The notes beneath the pieces are model-generated. The model did no database searches. It worked only from the letters and a program-made list of their open reading frames with translations, and had not been told where the DNA came from. Positions 23,282 to 35,100 of a stretch of 64,000 bases of DNA are shown in pieces; position 1 is the stretch's first letter, and each line of letters opens with the position of its first letter. The position numbers and the translations under genes were made by a program. The DNA comes from Asterias rubens (lineage: Eukaryota): the NCBI RefSeq assembly GCF_902459465.1, contig NC_047078.1, forward strand, positions 12,648,001-12,712,000. The letters are read 5' to 3'.

Positions 23282-23460
23282 TTGGCTCAGTGGTTTCTTT
23301 CCCTGCCTTTCACCTCTGTGTACCCGTTTTGAATTCCACTCGAATTCGAAGACCAGGGCCTTGCATGTGAATGGATTTTTTAGTCCCCAGCTGGTCGTGT
23401 GGGTTATCCCCAATTAGGCTTTTCCTCACAGCTAAAACTGACCACCATTCTCGTTTCCGA
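23282..23460 (+). mobile_element. Old tRNA-derived SINE
   Basis: A-box TGGCTCAGTGGT and degenerate B-box GTTTTGAATTCC; related reversed fragment at about 8865-8960. Confidence 0.5.
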
Positions 23461-24779
23461 CTGGTCCTGTTATTACTAAGTGTGCTGTTGCGTATGAAAA
23501 CAAATACAATATATATATATAAAATAAATGGCATGTACATGTGTAAATATGTATACATTTTAATGGAAACCAATCATGTACATTGAAAATGTGCAGAATT
23601 TCTAACTAAAATGTAGAGCATCTCAAAAAATGAAGGGAATTTAATTAATGTGAATTTATCTCAAAGTTAACAATTAAATTAATATAAATGTTATTCTTTC
23701 TTTCCTTTTTAATTATATTCATATGCACAATCCAATTAATTAGAGGATTTTTGAAGGTCAGTAATTGCCAACTTTTTAACTGTGAACTTTGTTTGTGTGG
23801 ATGGGATGGGTAATTTATGCAAAACAATTACATAAATTATGAGATCTAATTATTAGATCTTCCACTTTTTTTGTGGCCATTTTACAAACAAAACAATTTT
23901 CCTTCACAGTTTGGTTAAGCTAAAGTTAGTGAAAAATCAGCTGGTGCAGATTGTTTTTTTCTTTTATTCTTTTTTTTCTTAATTATATAAACAGTTATCG
24001 AATTGATGCAAAGAAATCAGGTTACATAACTCATTTTGTTTGTTTGTTTTGCATTTATTAGCTGAGAAAAGTTTTACTGCTGGATTTGTCCTTTAGGGAA
24101 GTCTGTCGCGTCGGAGATTCTGTCCCCCATAACGGGAAGTTAACTTAGGTGGATTCAAAAGAGGGCGCTGTCTCCGTGACATAATCTCCTGCAACGCTAG
24201 CACTTTTTAGGTTTAGCATAACTCGGCAATCGTACTTTCCTCTAGTAATTCGATTCCAAAATTAACACTGCTCAGAGTGAAGTTTGAAAGGCGAAAAAAA
24301 CGACATAAATTTTGCATTTTAATGTTTTGTCATCTTTCCATTTCTTTCAATGTATCCTTACAACGTAAGTTTTGTTCGGAAGAATAAACCTAATTTTGTA
24401 ACAGAATGACTTGTAAACATTAAATTATTTCGGGTTGTGAGGTTTTAAGTGAAAACACCATTAAGTGATTTGTGTTCTGTTAACTAAATGGCCCTATATA
24501 GACCATGTAGACTTTGTTAACAATAATTATTGTGACCCGTTGTTAATCTTTAGATAGTCTGGCAGGGAAGGTACCTCACTGATAATATGGGATCAAGGTG
24601 ACATTTTGTGGCATAATTTCCACAAAAATCCAAAAGTTATGAAAGTAAAAGCTGGACAAGTTTTGAGATCTTATCAAAAAATGATAAGAATTGGACAGTG
24701 CACTATAATAAGATTTTAGGTTTAATGAAAGTCAGAAAGTGTAAGACCGCCGCGCCAGGGCAGTAAAGGCCTCACACAA

Positions 24780-25115
24780 GCACTGTCCACAATCTCAGGG
24801 TCGGAACCGGGTTGGAATCGGAGATTTTGTTTACCCCGATCCACACTGTAAACATTTCAACCCGCCTCCGATCCGAGTAGCATGGTCTTGCCAGATAGAA
24901 ATCAACCCAGGACCAGGATTGAAAATCTCAACCCGGATCGAAAAGCATTTTTCGGAGTGAACCGTTACACGGTTCACGCATTATCGGTTCACGTATGACC
25001 AGTGTGAATGTTGCTTATCTATGGTTCCGTGTCGAAAAGAAGCAAAGCTGAACTGAAGAGGACCCGGGTAGCTTTCAACGCGGTTCGAAATGGAGGTAGT
25101 GTGAAAAGGACTTAA
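24780..25115. repeat. Degenerate palindromic MITE rich in CCCGG/GGTTC motifs
   Basis: TCACAC...GTGTGAAA-type ends and internal AACCCG/CGGTT repeats. Confidence 0.45.
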
Positions 25116-25745
25116 GCTGAGATATGTTGGTGTTTTGTTGGCGGCAATATAAGCAGATTTGATTATGTGGCGTGGAGTACATGGTTATAGGTTATTTGGA
25201 CAACAGACGGACGTAGTATCTGGAGTTAGAATTAGCCTTGCTCGGGGCTTTTCACCTAATCAACTGTTGGGTGTGGTTACCCATTCTCTTTGACGTCCAC
25301 TCTGCCGTTATAGTTTATAATCTCGTGGGTAAGAGTTCAACCCGAGTTGAGTGTGGATTTATCCCGGCAGGACGCTGATTGAAAAATAATTTGTAAATCA
25401 TGCAAAACAAAATAATTGCCATTGTTTTACTACAGTGGGATTCGTGGTGTATTTGACCGTTCAAAATGACAAAATGAGTAACTGTTTCCTTTCCCCGTCT
25501 AAGATATTTTTCTGTAGGGATTATGTATGCATCCTGTCGTGCACATGAGGTGACATGCGGCCGTCATACCATGAATTTCGTATAATTACCCATCATCGTC
25601 GAAAATTGGGTTGTCTAGTTGTTCACTTTCTTTAGAACTATTTTATGTTTTTCTTTCGGATTTATCAAGCTAAATCTGTTATTTCCACTTTTTGAATGAA
25701 GCTCATGATAAATCAAAGTAAATTGTATTACAAAACAAAACTTAT

Positions 25746-26511
25746 TTACAGTTGGCCGGACTTTATGATGAGTCTGGCCGTGACAGCTGGGTCTCTGTAA
25801 TGCTCATGGGCGAGAGAGAGGAATCTATCGGCAGGCCCTCCTCCCTTCGACCCGCCGACTCCTCCTGGTGGACCAAACACTACGGAGTTCTGCATGTGAA
25901 GAGTTTTAATTGTCTGTAGATCGCTGAGTCTTTCCCGGTACACCTTGGCGCTGGATGCCCCACGGTCTCGATGGTAGTCTCTGCGGTTTGTAGTGGTGGC
26001 TATTGACGCAGCAGGGAATTGCTCTTTAGATAACAAAATCTGCCAACAAGAACAAGTACCTTTTTTTTGCTTTTGATAGTAATTTTTTCTTTTCTAAAAT
26101 GGACGAATTTATTATGGTGCATTTTGACTGTCTTCAGCAAATGCGGTGTTTTGATGATTCAATTTCTCACGTCCATGTCGCGGCCTCCCTATTTTAGACC
26201 TAGGCCTAGTATTGTTGCCCATAAGTCACTTTGAAACAGCATAATCTGTTAAACTTCGTTCATAGAAAATAATGTTATACAACCAAACAACAAAATCTGT
26301 GCCAAATCGCCCCAAGAACTATAAGTCTCACCCTAGCACATTGAGGTGGTTTTGCAAGAACCTGTTTGACAGAGTCAGCGCCCTCTGTTGTCCGTCTTTT
26401 AGACTCGATGTAATCTTTGTAGTAAGATGAAACCAAAGGTGTTTTGTCGTCACCCAGGGCAAAATTGGTGCCGTACTGTCGACCTTGGTGCTTGGATTTG
26501 ACAACCTCCAT
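25746..26511 (-). CDS. 157-aa protein resembling axonemal microtubule inner proteins (TEX45/SAXO5 N-terminal-like), 2 coding exons
   Basis: Exon 26511-26332 (ATG, 60 codons, AGG|GTGAGA donor) and exon 26039-25746 (pyrimidine tract with CAG acceptor, 97 codons plus TAA) join in phase 0. Repeated motifs NFALGDD..SSYYKDY, TTTNRRDY, SVVFG..FLSLAHEHY. Family assignment is from memory. Confidence 0.72.
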
Positions 26512-27963
26512 AACGCCACGAAAAATTGCCAACTATGCCTCAGTCAAAAAATTAATGTTACTTTTCTTCGCCAGCGTTGGTTTTTGTTGTTTGAGGTAGC
26601 CTACGTCCATCCCGCATGTTCAGTTGATGGTAAACTACTTGATTACACACCCAACTTTATATTTTGAAAGGTTAAAATGCGTTGTTTTATTTATTGTTAA
26701 TTTAACAAACACTTGTTGTCACTCTAGTGAAATAAAGTTTCATTGGTGGAAAGTTTAATGACTTAACAATGGGACGTCATCCAAACGTATTGGTGCAAAG
26801 TTTAATGACGTCACAATGGGACGTCATCCAAACGCTTGTCGTCATTCTGTGAACGTGGCTTTTATTCTAGATGGTGAAGTCAAACTTTATGAATCAACCC
26901 GACCCAGAGATATTATTCAGAAAATAAAAAAGAACCCCACATCAAAAAATACATTACTGCCATGGCCAATGCTCAAATAAAAATAACAGACGTTGGCGCG
27001 TAGATGCGGCGTTAAGCTCTCTGCTGATCACGGGCGGGCGACGACGTCGCTCTCTTCATGTATTTTTTGTGTTGGTTGGTTTTTGGGTGGTGCGCGCTCA
27101 ATATGATGCTATTTTTGCGCGCAGCATGCTGCGCACAGTGTAGTACAGTTTGAGTTATTAGTTGTTGATTTGTAAATTTACATTATCATGAGGTAGATAG
27201 ATGAGATACTGAGAGTGATGTGAGAAGTTGGCTCCCGATGTTTTGTATCCACCATCTGTTTTCTTGAAGACTTTTACTCCAGACGGAGGTTCGTTGACTG
27301 TGCTGTCGATCAACAACGGTTGGTATATAAACAGTAGGCTACGTAGGTAGGTACGTATTTGATGTAGAAATACTTCTAATATCTAACGCTATCACTTTAC
27401 AGTCTTCACACGCATTTTGATACTGCCGATTCACAGCAAGCAAAAACTAAAACTGTAAAAGGGGCTGTGTGAGTGTGGAGAGTGTCTAAGTTTATTGGAC
27501 CCAGCAACACTTTCAAAAATGTTTTGTATACGGTGTCCGAATTTTATTAAGAGGCGTTGTTTGTTCTTGTTAAAATAGGCAGTCTGTAGTTTTGTAGTGT
27601 AAACAAGCAAAGAGCAATAATTCAACTGTAAAATTAAGAATAGATTTTTGCTGTCATAATGTCTATCTCCACAGAATGATGTAATGTATCCTGGTGTCAA
27701 CTGTCATATGTTTTCAGTAGGACAACAGGAAAATAATTGTTCACAATCATGACAATAAAAAACTAAATGAATAAAAAAAAAATCATCTATCCATTCGAAT
27801 CCAACCTTTTATTTACAATGACACTTGCACTTCATCATGTGTTGAAATCTTAAAAGTTTTGGTTTACCGTTGCGAGAGACATAAGAGATAGTCCGCCATT
27901 TACACTAAAAATGACCGACTATCTCTCGGAGTCCCGCAACGTAAATTATGCAGTGCTTTATGC

Positions 27964-29312
27964 ATAATAATAATAATAATAAGAAATGCTTATATAGCGC
28001 AATTCAGTACTGCAAGTACTCTCAATGCGCTTTACAAAACAAATAAACAAATTAATTTATACAAGAGAAAGCAACAATTTAACTAAACAATACAATATTA
28101 CAAAAAAGATTTAGTGAATAAGTGAGTTTTGAGATGGGATTTGAAGAGATCCGGGTTTATCTGGGAACGGAGAGTAGCAGGAAGAGAGTTCCAAAGTGTG
28201 GGTGCGCTGAAAGCAAAGGTTCTTTTACCGTACGTTTTTGTTCTGTATGGGGGAACTTGTAGGAGAAGCTGTGAAGAGGATCTAAGTGACCTTGTTGGGG
28301 TGTATGGCGTTATCAGTTCAGAAATGTAATGAGGGGAGAGACCATGGACAGCATTGAACGTGAGGAGCAGGACTTTGTACTGTATGCGAGCATTGACAGG
28401 AAGCCAGTGGAGTTCTTGTAGAATGGGGGTGATGTGGTTCTGCTTCTTTGATCTAGCGATGAGCCGTGCTGCTGAATTCTGAATTCTTTGGAGTTTAGAG
28501 AGGTCTTTATCAGGAATGCCGTACAGGAGACTGTTGCAGTTATCTAGAAGAGATGAGACAAAGGCGTGAATCAAGGTTTCAGTAGTAGTTTTGTTTAAGA
28601 AGGAGCGAATCTTTCCAATCCTTCTCAGAGCAAGAGAGGCGTTTCGGCAGACTATGTTGATGTGACGACTCATGTTCAGATTCTTGTCAATGATGACACC
28701 CAGGTCACGCACTGATGTTGAAGATGTGACCTGACCACTGTCTATATTGATCGGGGAGAGCTCTTGACATGGTCTGAATTTGGAAGCTACATGAAGAACT
28801 TCCATCTTGTTGTCATTAAGGACCAGATGATTGCAGCCCATCCAGCTTCTAACCTCCTTCAGACAGGTGTCAAGCTTCCCCATCATCTGGTCCCGATTTG
28901 AAGATTTCATGGAAATATAGAGTTGTGTGTCTACTGCGTATATCATAGTGGAGAAACCATGCGCATGAATTAAATCTTGAACTGGTGTTGTATAACAGAT
29001 GAAAAGAACTGGTCCTACTACAGATCCTTGGGGCACACCCCAAAGCAATGGAGATGGATCCGAAGATGTACCTTGAATGAGGACTCTTTGTTCTCTTCCT
29101 GAGAGATAGGAAGAAAACCAGTTCAGTGCTACACCAGTCACTCCGAATCGATTGTTGAGCCTAGAAAGTAGAATCTGGTGGTCGACAGTGTCAAATGCGG
29201 CAGTCATGTCAAGGAGGATGAGGACCGCTTCTTGTTGCTTATCCAGGGATTGAAGAAGATCATTGTACACTCTTACCAGAGCAGTCTCTGCACGAAATTG
29301 GAGCAACGTCAT
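27964..29312 (-). mobile_element. 5'-truncated L2/CR1-clade LINE; 404-codon open RT fragment (28098-29312) with (TTA)n tail
   Basis: RT motifs LLDMTAAFDTVDH, GVPQGSVVGP, IYAVDTQLY (YADD mutated), LGVIID, then LHWLPV..RIQYK and GKRTFAFSAPTLWNSLP; 3' UTR and TAA repeat at 27964-28097. Confidence 0.93.
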
Positions 29313-29849
29313 ATGTTTTCATTACTTTCATTGGTTGGTGTTTTATTGAATATTCAGAAGCTAGTATGGAGTGCATAATAAATCAAAAATCTTGTTCAAT
29401 TACTGTTATTATTAAACAAATTGAATTACATTTTTGTCCTAGTACTAGATTAGATTAATATAATCCAGATATATCTCAAGGCATGACAGTAAAACACCCC
29501 ACCCCCTTGAAGCACAAACACTTCATAACAATCTGTTTTCCCCTATTTCAGACCAGCAATGTTTGGTTTCAGGAGAAAGTTATAGGCCTATCTTCTCTTA
29601 AATGTAGACATTTTATTTACTACATTATTTTAACCATTTATCAGAATTTATTATGAGTCTGCAGTTAACAAAAACAAATTCTTTCTTTTTCACTTGAAAT
29701 ATTTAAATTTTTTGCCCATATTGGCATGCCATAGATCGAAATAGCAACCACATCAATTGATATCTAGTGACTGAAGGGTGGAATGTTGTTTCTTTAATTC
29801 ATATGATTGTTCGCATAATAATGCACTAGTGATTATACAAAATATTAAT

Positions 29850-30040
29850 CATTTTATAAATATTTGAGCACAACCTACGACAAGAAACTTTATTCTCAGC
29901 ATGATTAAGCCTGACGAAAATACAGACGGTGAGTAAACTGCAAAGCTTCTGTCACCGGTGGGGTTCGAAAACATATGAGGGTCGATAACAATGATTCTAG
30001 TGTTCCTTTGCATTATTGGTAATAACCAAAACACCAATAT
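29850..30040 (-). mobile_element. Ancient L2 3' remnant
   Basis: Translates to ...TGDRSFAVYSPSV...LR, the L2 C-terminal motif. Confidence 0.5.
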
Positions 30041-32152
30041 ATAAACCTTATGATGGGAATTTTCAAACTTATGAGCATAACTTAAAACTGATAAAGAATG
30101 TGTTTACTACATCTGGGACCATATCCCCACAGGCAGCAGTTAATTGTTCCATTGTACTGTGTAGTAGTAGGAATGTAAGTACTTGGATTACCCCTACACA
30201 AATTAAGATAATCCCCTTAATCTCTCCTCAATTATCCTTTGTCACTAGATCACTTTATTGGTAATAGTGCTACAAGTGGTTCTGGAGCATCACTGGGCTA
30301 TTTATGTGACATAATGCTTTCAGGGCATAACCAGGTCAGGTGGGTGGGGGGGGGGGGGGGTTGCTGGCGCCAGCTCAAAATCCTTGAACCCCTCTTGCTA
30401 GCCAAATGAGATCGGTAAAAAAATACCCAAACTTTAGTTTGACACATCCAACAGCCCCCCCCCCCTCTTCTAAATAGTTTTGTCCCAGCTCGCCCACCTC
30501 CTCCTCCAAATTGAAATATTGTTACTGGTTGTAAAAGTCTAGCAGATAGAGCAATTTATTTAGTTTTCCATACACCAGAAATCTTGAAGTCTGGCTGCAT
30601 TGAGAGCAATGTGGAAATCATGACAGACATTTTGGAGGGAAATCAAGGGCTTGTAGCTCATAACTTTTACTGGATCAGATGTTGTTGACATGAACAAAAA
30701 TAAGATGGGGGGGGGGGGGGCACACAGTATTTGTTGTATTATGGTAAAACATTTCTCAATAGGCTACTCAACACAGTTTTAAAAACAATTTCAAAACTTA
30801 AAACTTGAATTTCAAGCCATGCATGGAAAACAAAATATCTGTGAATAAAAATAAAAAAATGTTATATGACTACTTTGGATATTTTCAATAAAGTTTTAGT
30901 AATAACAATTTTGCCATAAAATTCCAGTCATGAGTTTATTGGCCCAATGCCAAACTGGTTTTCTCTTGTTCTGTGGCACTTGGTGTAAATTTCAAGCCAT
31001 GCATGTAAGAATTGTTTTTTTTTATTCAACTGCTTTGGATATGTTCAATAAGGTTTTAGTATAGGTTTTCTCGGTCAAATTCGGCAAATGAGCAGCCAAT
31101 TTAATTTTCATGCGTTCGAATTAAAGCTATTTTGCCTCTCCGGTTTTTACTGCGTTTCAAATTCAGAATACGGTCATTAAATTTCGTTTTGAGGCATTCA
31201 AGTTCCTAGCACACTCATTCTTTTTCATGACACACAATCATCATTCAATTTAGCAAAGCTGGTTCAACTAGAGATTTTGCTGATTTAATCATTTTCAATT
31301 TCGTAAATAGACAATCAATTTCGCTCACCGAGGATTCAAATAAGTACGACTAAAGAAATACGAATAAACAGATAAACTGTATAAGGCAAACCGTTTCGTA
31401 CCTTCACTTTTAAATCGAGCGAACCTTATTTTCTTTATTTTATGTTTCCAGTAGACTTTACCTTGGGCCCAATAAGGGTCGTTTTCTTATTTATTTTTTT
31501 CGGGAGACCTTCAATGGTTAACTGACCAAGACCTGACATTTTTATGTGTACGAATGGTTTTTTTTAATAAAAAAAAAAAATGTTTTTCCAGTTGTTGGTT
31601 TTTGTAAATATTCACCAACCATCTGTTGGCGTGCCAGACATCTTGGCATATTATGTTCAAGAGTGCCAAAACATTAACCGCATGCCTTTAACATTCATAT
31701 AAGGAAACGACAAGTTAACCAAGCGTTTTTAAGACTGCACAAAATATCAGAATTGACTGCCTCAAAATGAAATTGAATGACTAAACAGACGCCTCAAAAA
31801 CACTCCTGCGAATTTGAATGCAGCTTCAATGAACTGTTAAATTGAATGATTATTTTGTTAAATCGAATGACGTAAAAGTAGATTTGACTAGTCTTAAAAT
31901 GAAATCGAATGACCCTTTTTTAGTAGCATTCGATTTCGTGCGAAACAGAATAGGCTGGTGGTTAAATTGGCTGCTCATTTTCCAAAATTGACAGAGAAAA
32001 CCTATAATAACATATTGTGCTATAAAACTACATGTATGCAGGTGATAACGATAGATTTAAATGATGTCTTTCAAATATGTCCTACATTTTTATTTTTCCT
32101 TCAGGCCATTGAGTTTCTTTTTGAAGTTTGCAATAAGCTATAGGAACCCACC

Positions 32153-35100
32153 ATGTCAATGCGGTATGGCTCAGTTGAGCTTAGTGTGCCTCCTGGATTC
32201 CAGAATATCTTATGGCTATTGTCTCAGGAGGTTCTACGAGTCAACCCAGAGAAACCATTGGAGTTTATTGCTGGATTCATGGATGATCTTCTAGCCATCA
32301 GGGAAGGTAAGATTGCACTGTCAAGAATTATGAAATGATTTACATTCAAGTAAGCAGCCATTTGTGGGGGTGTCATGGTCCAGCAGATAAGAGCACCGAA
32401 TTCAAGCTCTGGTGTTTCTGATCACCAGAGTGTGGGTTCGAATCCCGGCAGTGTCATTGAGCAAGACACTCAACCATTATGCTTCTCTCCACCCAGGGGT
32501 AAATGGGTACATCGAGGGCAGAGGTGGTTCTTGTGGTTGATTAGCTTAGTGCGCTACGTATTTGGCGGCACAGGGAGCTGAGATGGTGTAAGGAATCATT
32601 TAAGACCCAGTGACCAGGAGGTCATTGGTTCAATTATCCTGCTCTAGTAATTTTTTCTTGTTTATTCCCAAACATGCTTTTGGAGAATGAAAGAAAAAGC
32701 AAAAGCCATCATGCCCATAGCTAACCTGTGAATATTTCAACATTATCTGGAGATTTATCTTCTGCGGTTGTTTTCCATAAGGTTTGTCATAATATGGTAG
32801 CATCTAGAGCCATGAGTTCTGAGCCTAGCTGAAGCTGCTTGCTTCTATAGCATTAAGAAACCCCTAGATAGTCTCTGCCTATTGTGTGTAATTGCATTAT
32901 TTGACAAAGAAAACCACCTAACAGTCTTGATGTAAAGCTTTCAATTCCCAAAAGCATTCTTATTTGATTACAGTTTGAGTTGCTTCTATGTACATAAACG
33001 ATTTTTTTCAAACACTACAAGAGCTACTAAAAATGATCTAATAACTCTATTGTTTATTTATGAATGAAATAAGCTGCAAGGCCAAGATTTCTTGAAAATT
33101 ATTTTATGGTGAAATTGTTCAATAACAGAAAGTGATTTTAAGAGAAGTTCCAATGTGAGTTAGTAATTTTAAGCTTTGAATAATTTGTTATTTTCGAAAG
33201 AAATTTAGTTGTTGCGTTTTATGAGACGCATGTAACATTTTATTGTTACATTCCCTGTGATGGTGAACAACTATTCCAATAAATACTGTCTTAGGAGAGA
33301 AAGTTTCTTTTGAAGACATCCCCGGCCACCCCCAGCACCAAAAACACCCCTTAAAAAAATAACAAAAACCCCCACCAAACACTGCAATTGAAGTAAGCCT
33401 AAGAGTCGAGTCGGACTGCAGCGAGAATGTTAACGATCACGACGCAAAGAGAACGCATTCTATTGGTCGAATTGCTCCACACAGAATACGCACATGTTCA
33501 TTCAACCAATAGAATGCCTTCTCTTTGCGTTGTTATCGTTATCGTTCTCGTTATCGCTGCAGTGGGACCGGGCCTATAACACGATATATAAGGATGCACC
33601 AAATCATTGATATATAAACCATTTCTCACTAAAAATATGACCATTGCATGAAACTAGGATTATTAATTTTTGGGTTACCCTTACACAGTAACTAGGATTG
33701 TTCTTTGAAAACAGTTATTTTATTTTTGCCGCAATTCCCTTTCAAAATAGCTGTTGACACAGGTGTGTCAAATACACAATGTAGGCTTGCATCCGGTTCC
33801 CATGCCAACGTAAGATGTATATTTAATGATCAGTAACTTTCAAATGCAACACCCGATGAATATTTGATGTCTGCAAACAGATAGTGCTGCTACAGCACTT
33901 ATTGTAATTGATTTGACTTTATTATAATAAATTAAAGAATGATTAATTTAAACCTAAAAGCTCTGTCATTTGTGAAGATCTTACAGTACCAATGGTGAAA
34001 GTGAAAACTATTTTACAGCACATTAATTTATATGACTGTATGTTAATTAAGTGCAAAACTATTTGTATTTTGATTGCAGATTTTATGTTAAAAGCACTTT
34101 ACTCTAAAATTTATTGGAGTGATTAAATTATTGATTTCATTTGCTTTGTTTTGTTTTCAAAATGCAGAGAGTTGATATTTTGCGAATCAGAATTTGAAAG
34201 CGTTTTTATAGGTTGCTTTACATGGTGTGTTTGGTGGAAAGTAGATGATATGATTCAATTTACACTTTTAACAAATCTTTATTTAAAAAAATAAGTAAAA
34301 GAGTTGATAACTATTTTGATATTTACAGCATCTGGTTATGATCCAGTGACTCAAGGTGATATGATGTCTAGGGTACAGGAACAATACTGGCGAGTCCAAC
34401 AAGAGAGACAAAACAGCAAAAATGGCAGTGAAGCAGTAGCTGTGAAGAGACCCTACCACTCGCAACCCAATGGTAATCTCTAACAATTAATCAAACCATC
34501 ACTACATGTATTTAAAGATGAGCACCTCAACCCTCTTCCAACACTCCCTTGGATCTTCCCCTTGGATGTTGCTTGTCATGGCCGAGGGGTCAAGTGTACC
34601 GGACTCAAGATCTGGTGTTTCTGATCAGCAGAGTGGTGGTTCAAGTCTTGTCTTTATAATGGTACAAGTGTCATGGCCAATGGGTCAAGCGTACCGGACT
34701 CAAGCTCTGGTGTTTCTGATCAGCAGAGTGTGGAAGCTCAAGTCCTGTCTTGACACTTGTGTACTTTTAAAAAGCAAGACACTTACATTGTAACTAAGTT
34801 TACCTTGAGTGATCTTTCAGATTGAAATTAATCCTTTTTTTTATTAACAATTCCATACTTTTGTCTTTATGTTGTATGATAGAACTTAATTCTCGTGGTG
34901 TATTTGAGTGTGAATATTCTGACCTGGGCCCAATTTCATAGGGCTGCTTAAGCACAAAAAGATGCTAAGCACAACAAAATTATGCTTACCAGAATAAGGT
35001 TACCGGCCAAACTACTATGCCACATGTCCCGTTTGTGATTGGTAACCCCGCTCATTTCTGCTTAGCAGAGAGTTGTTCAGCAATATTTTCTGCTTAAGCA

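Noticed and set aside
26610-26625. RFX X-box for the cilia-type genes (also 31444-31456)
   Set aside because: The matches to GTNRCC-N(0-3)-RGYAAC are too poor.
30340-30720. Poly-G/poly-C runs as G-quadruplex elements
   Set aside because: Simple homopolymers with no other supporting structure, and their length is unreliable in assemblies.
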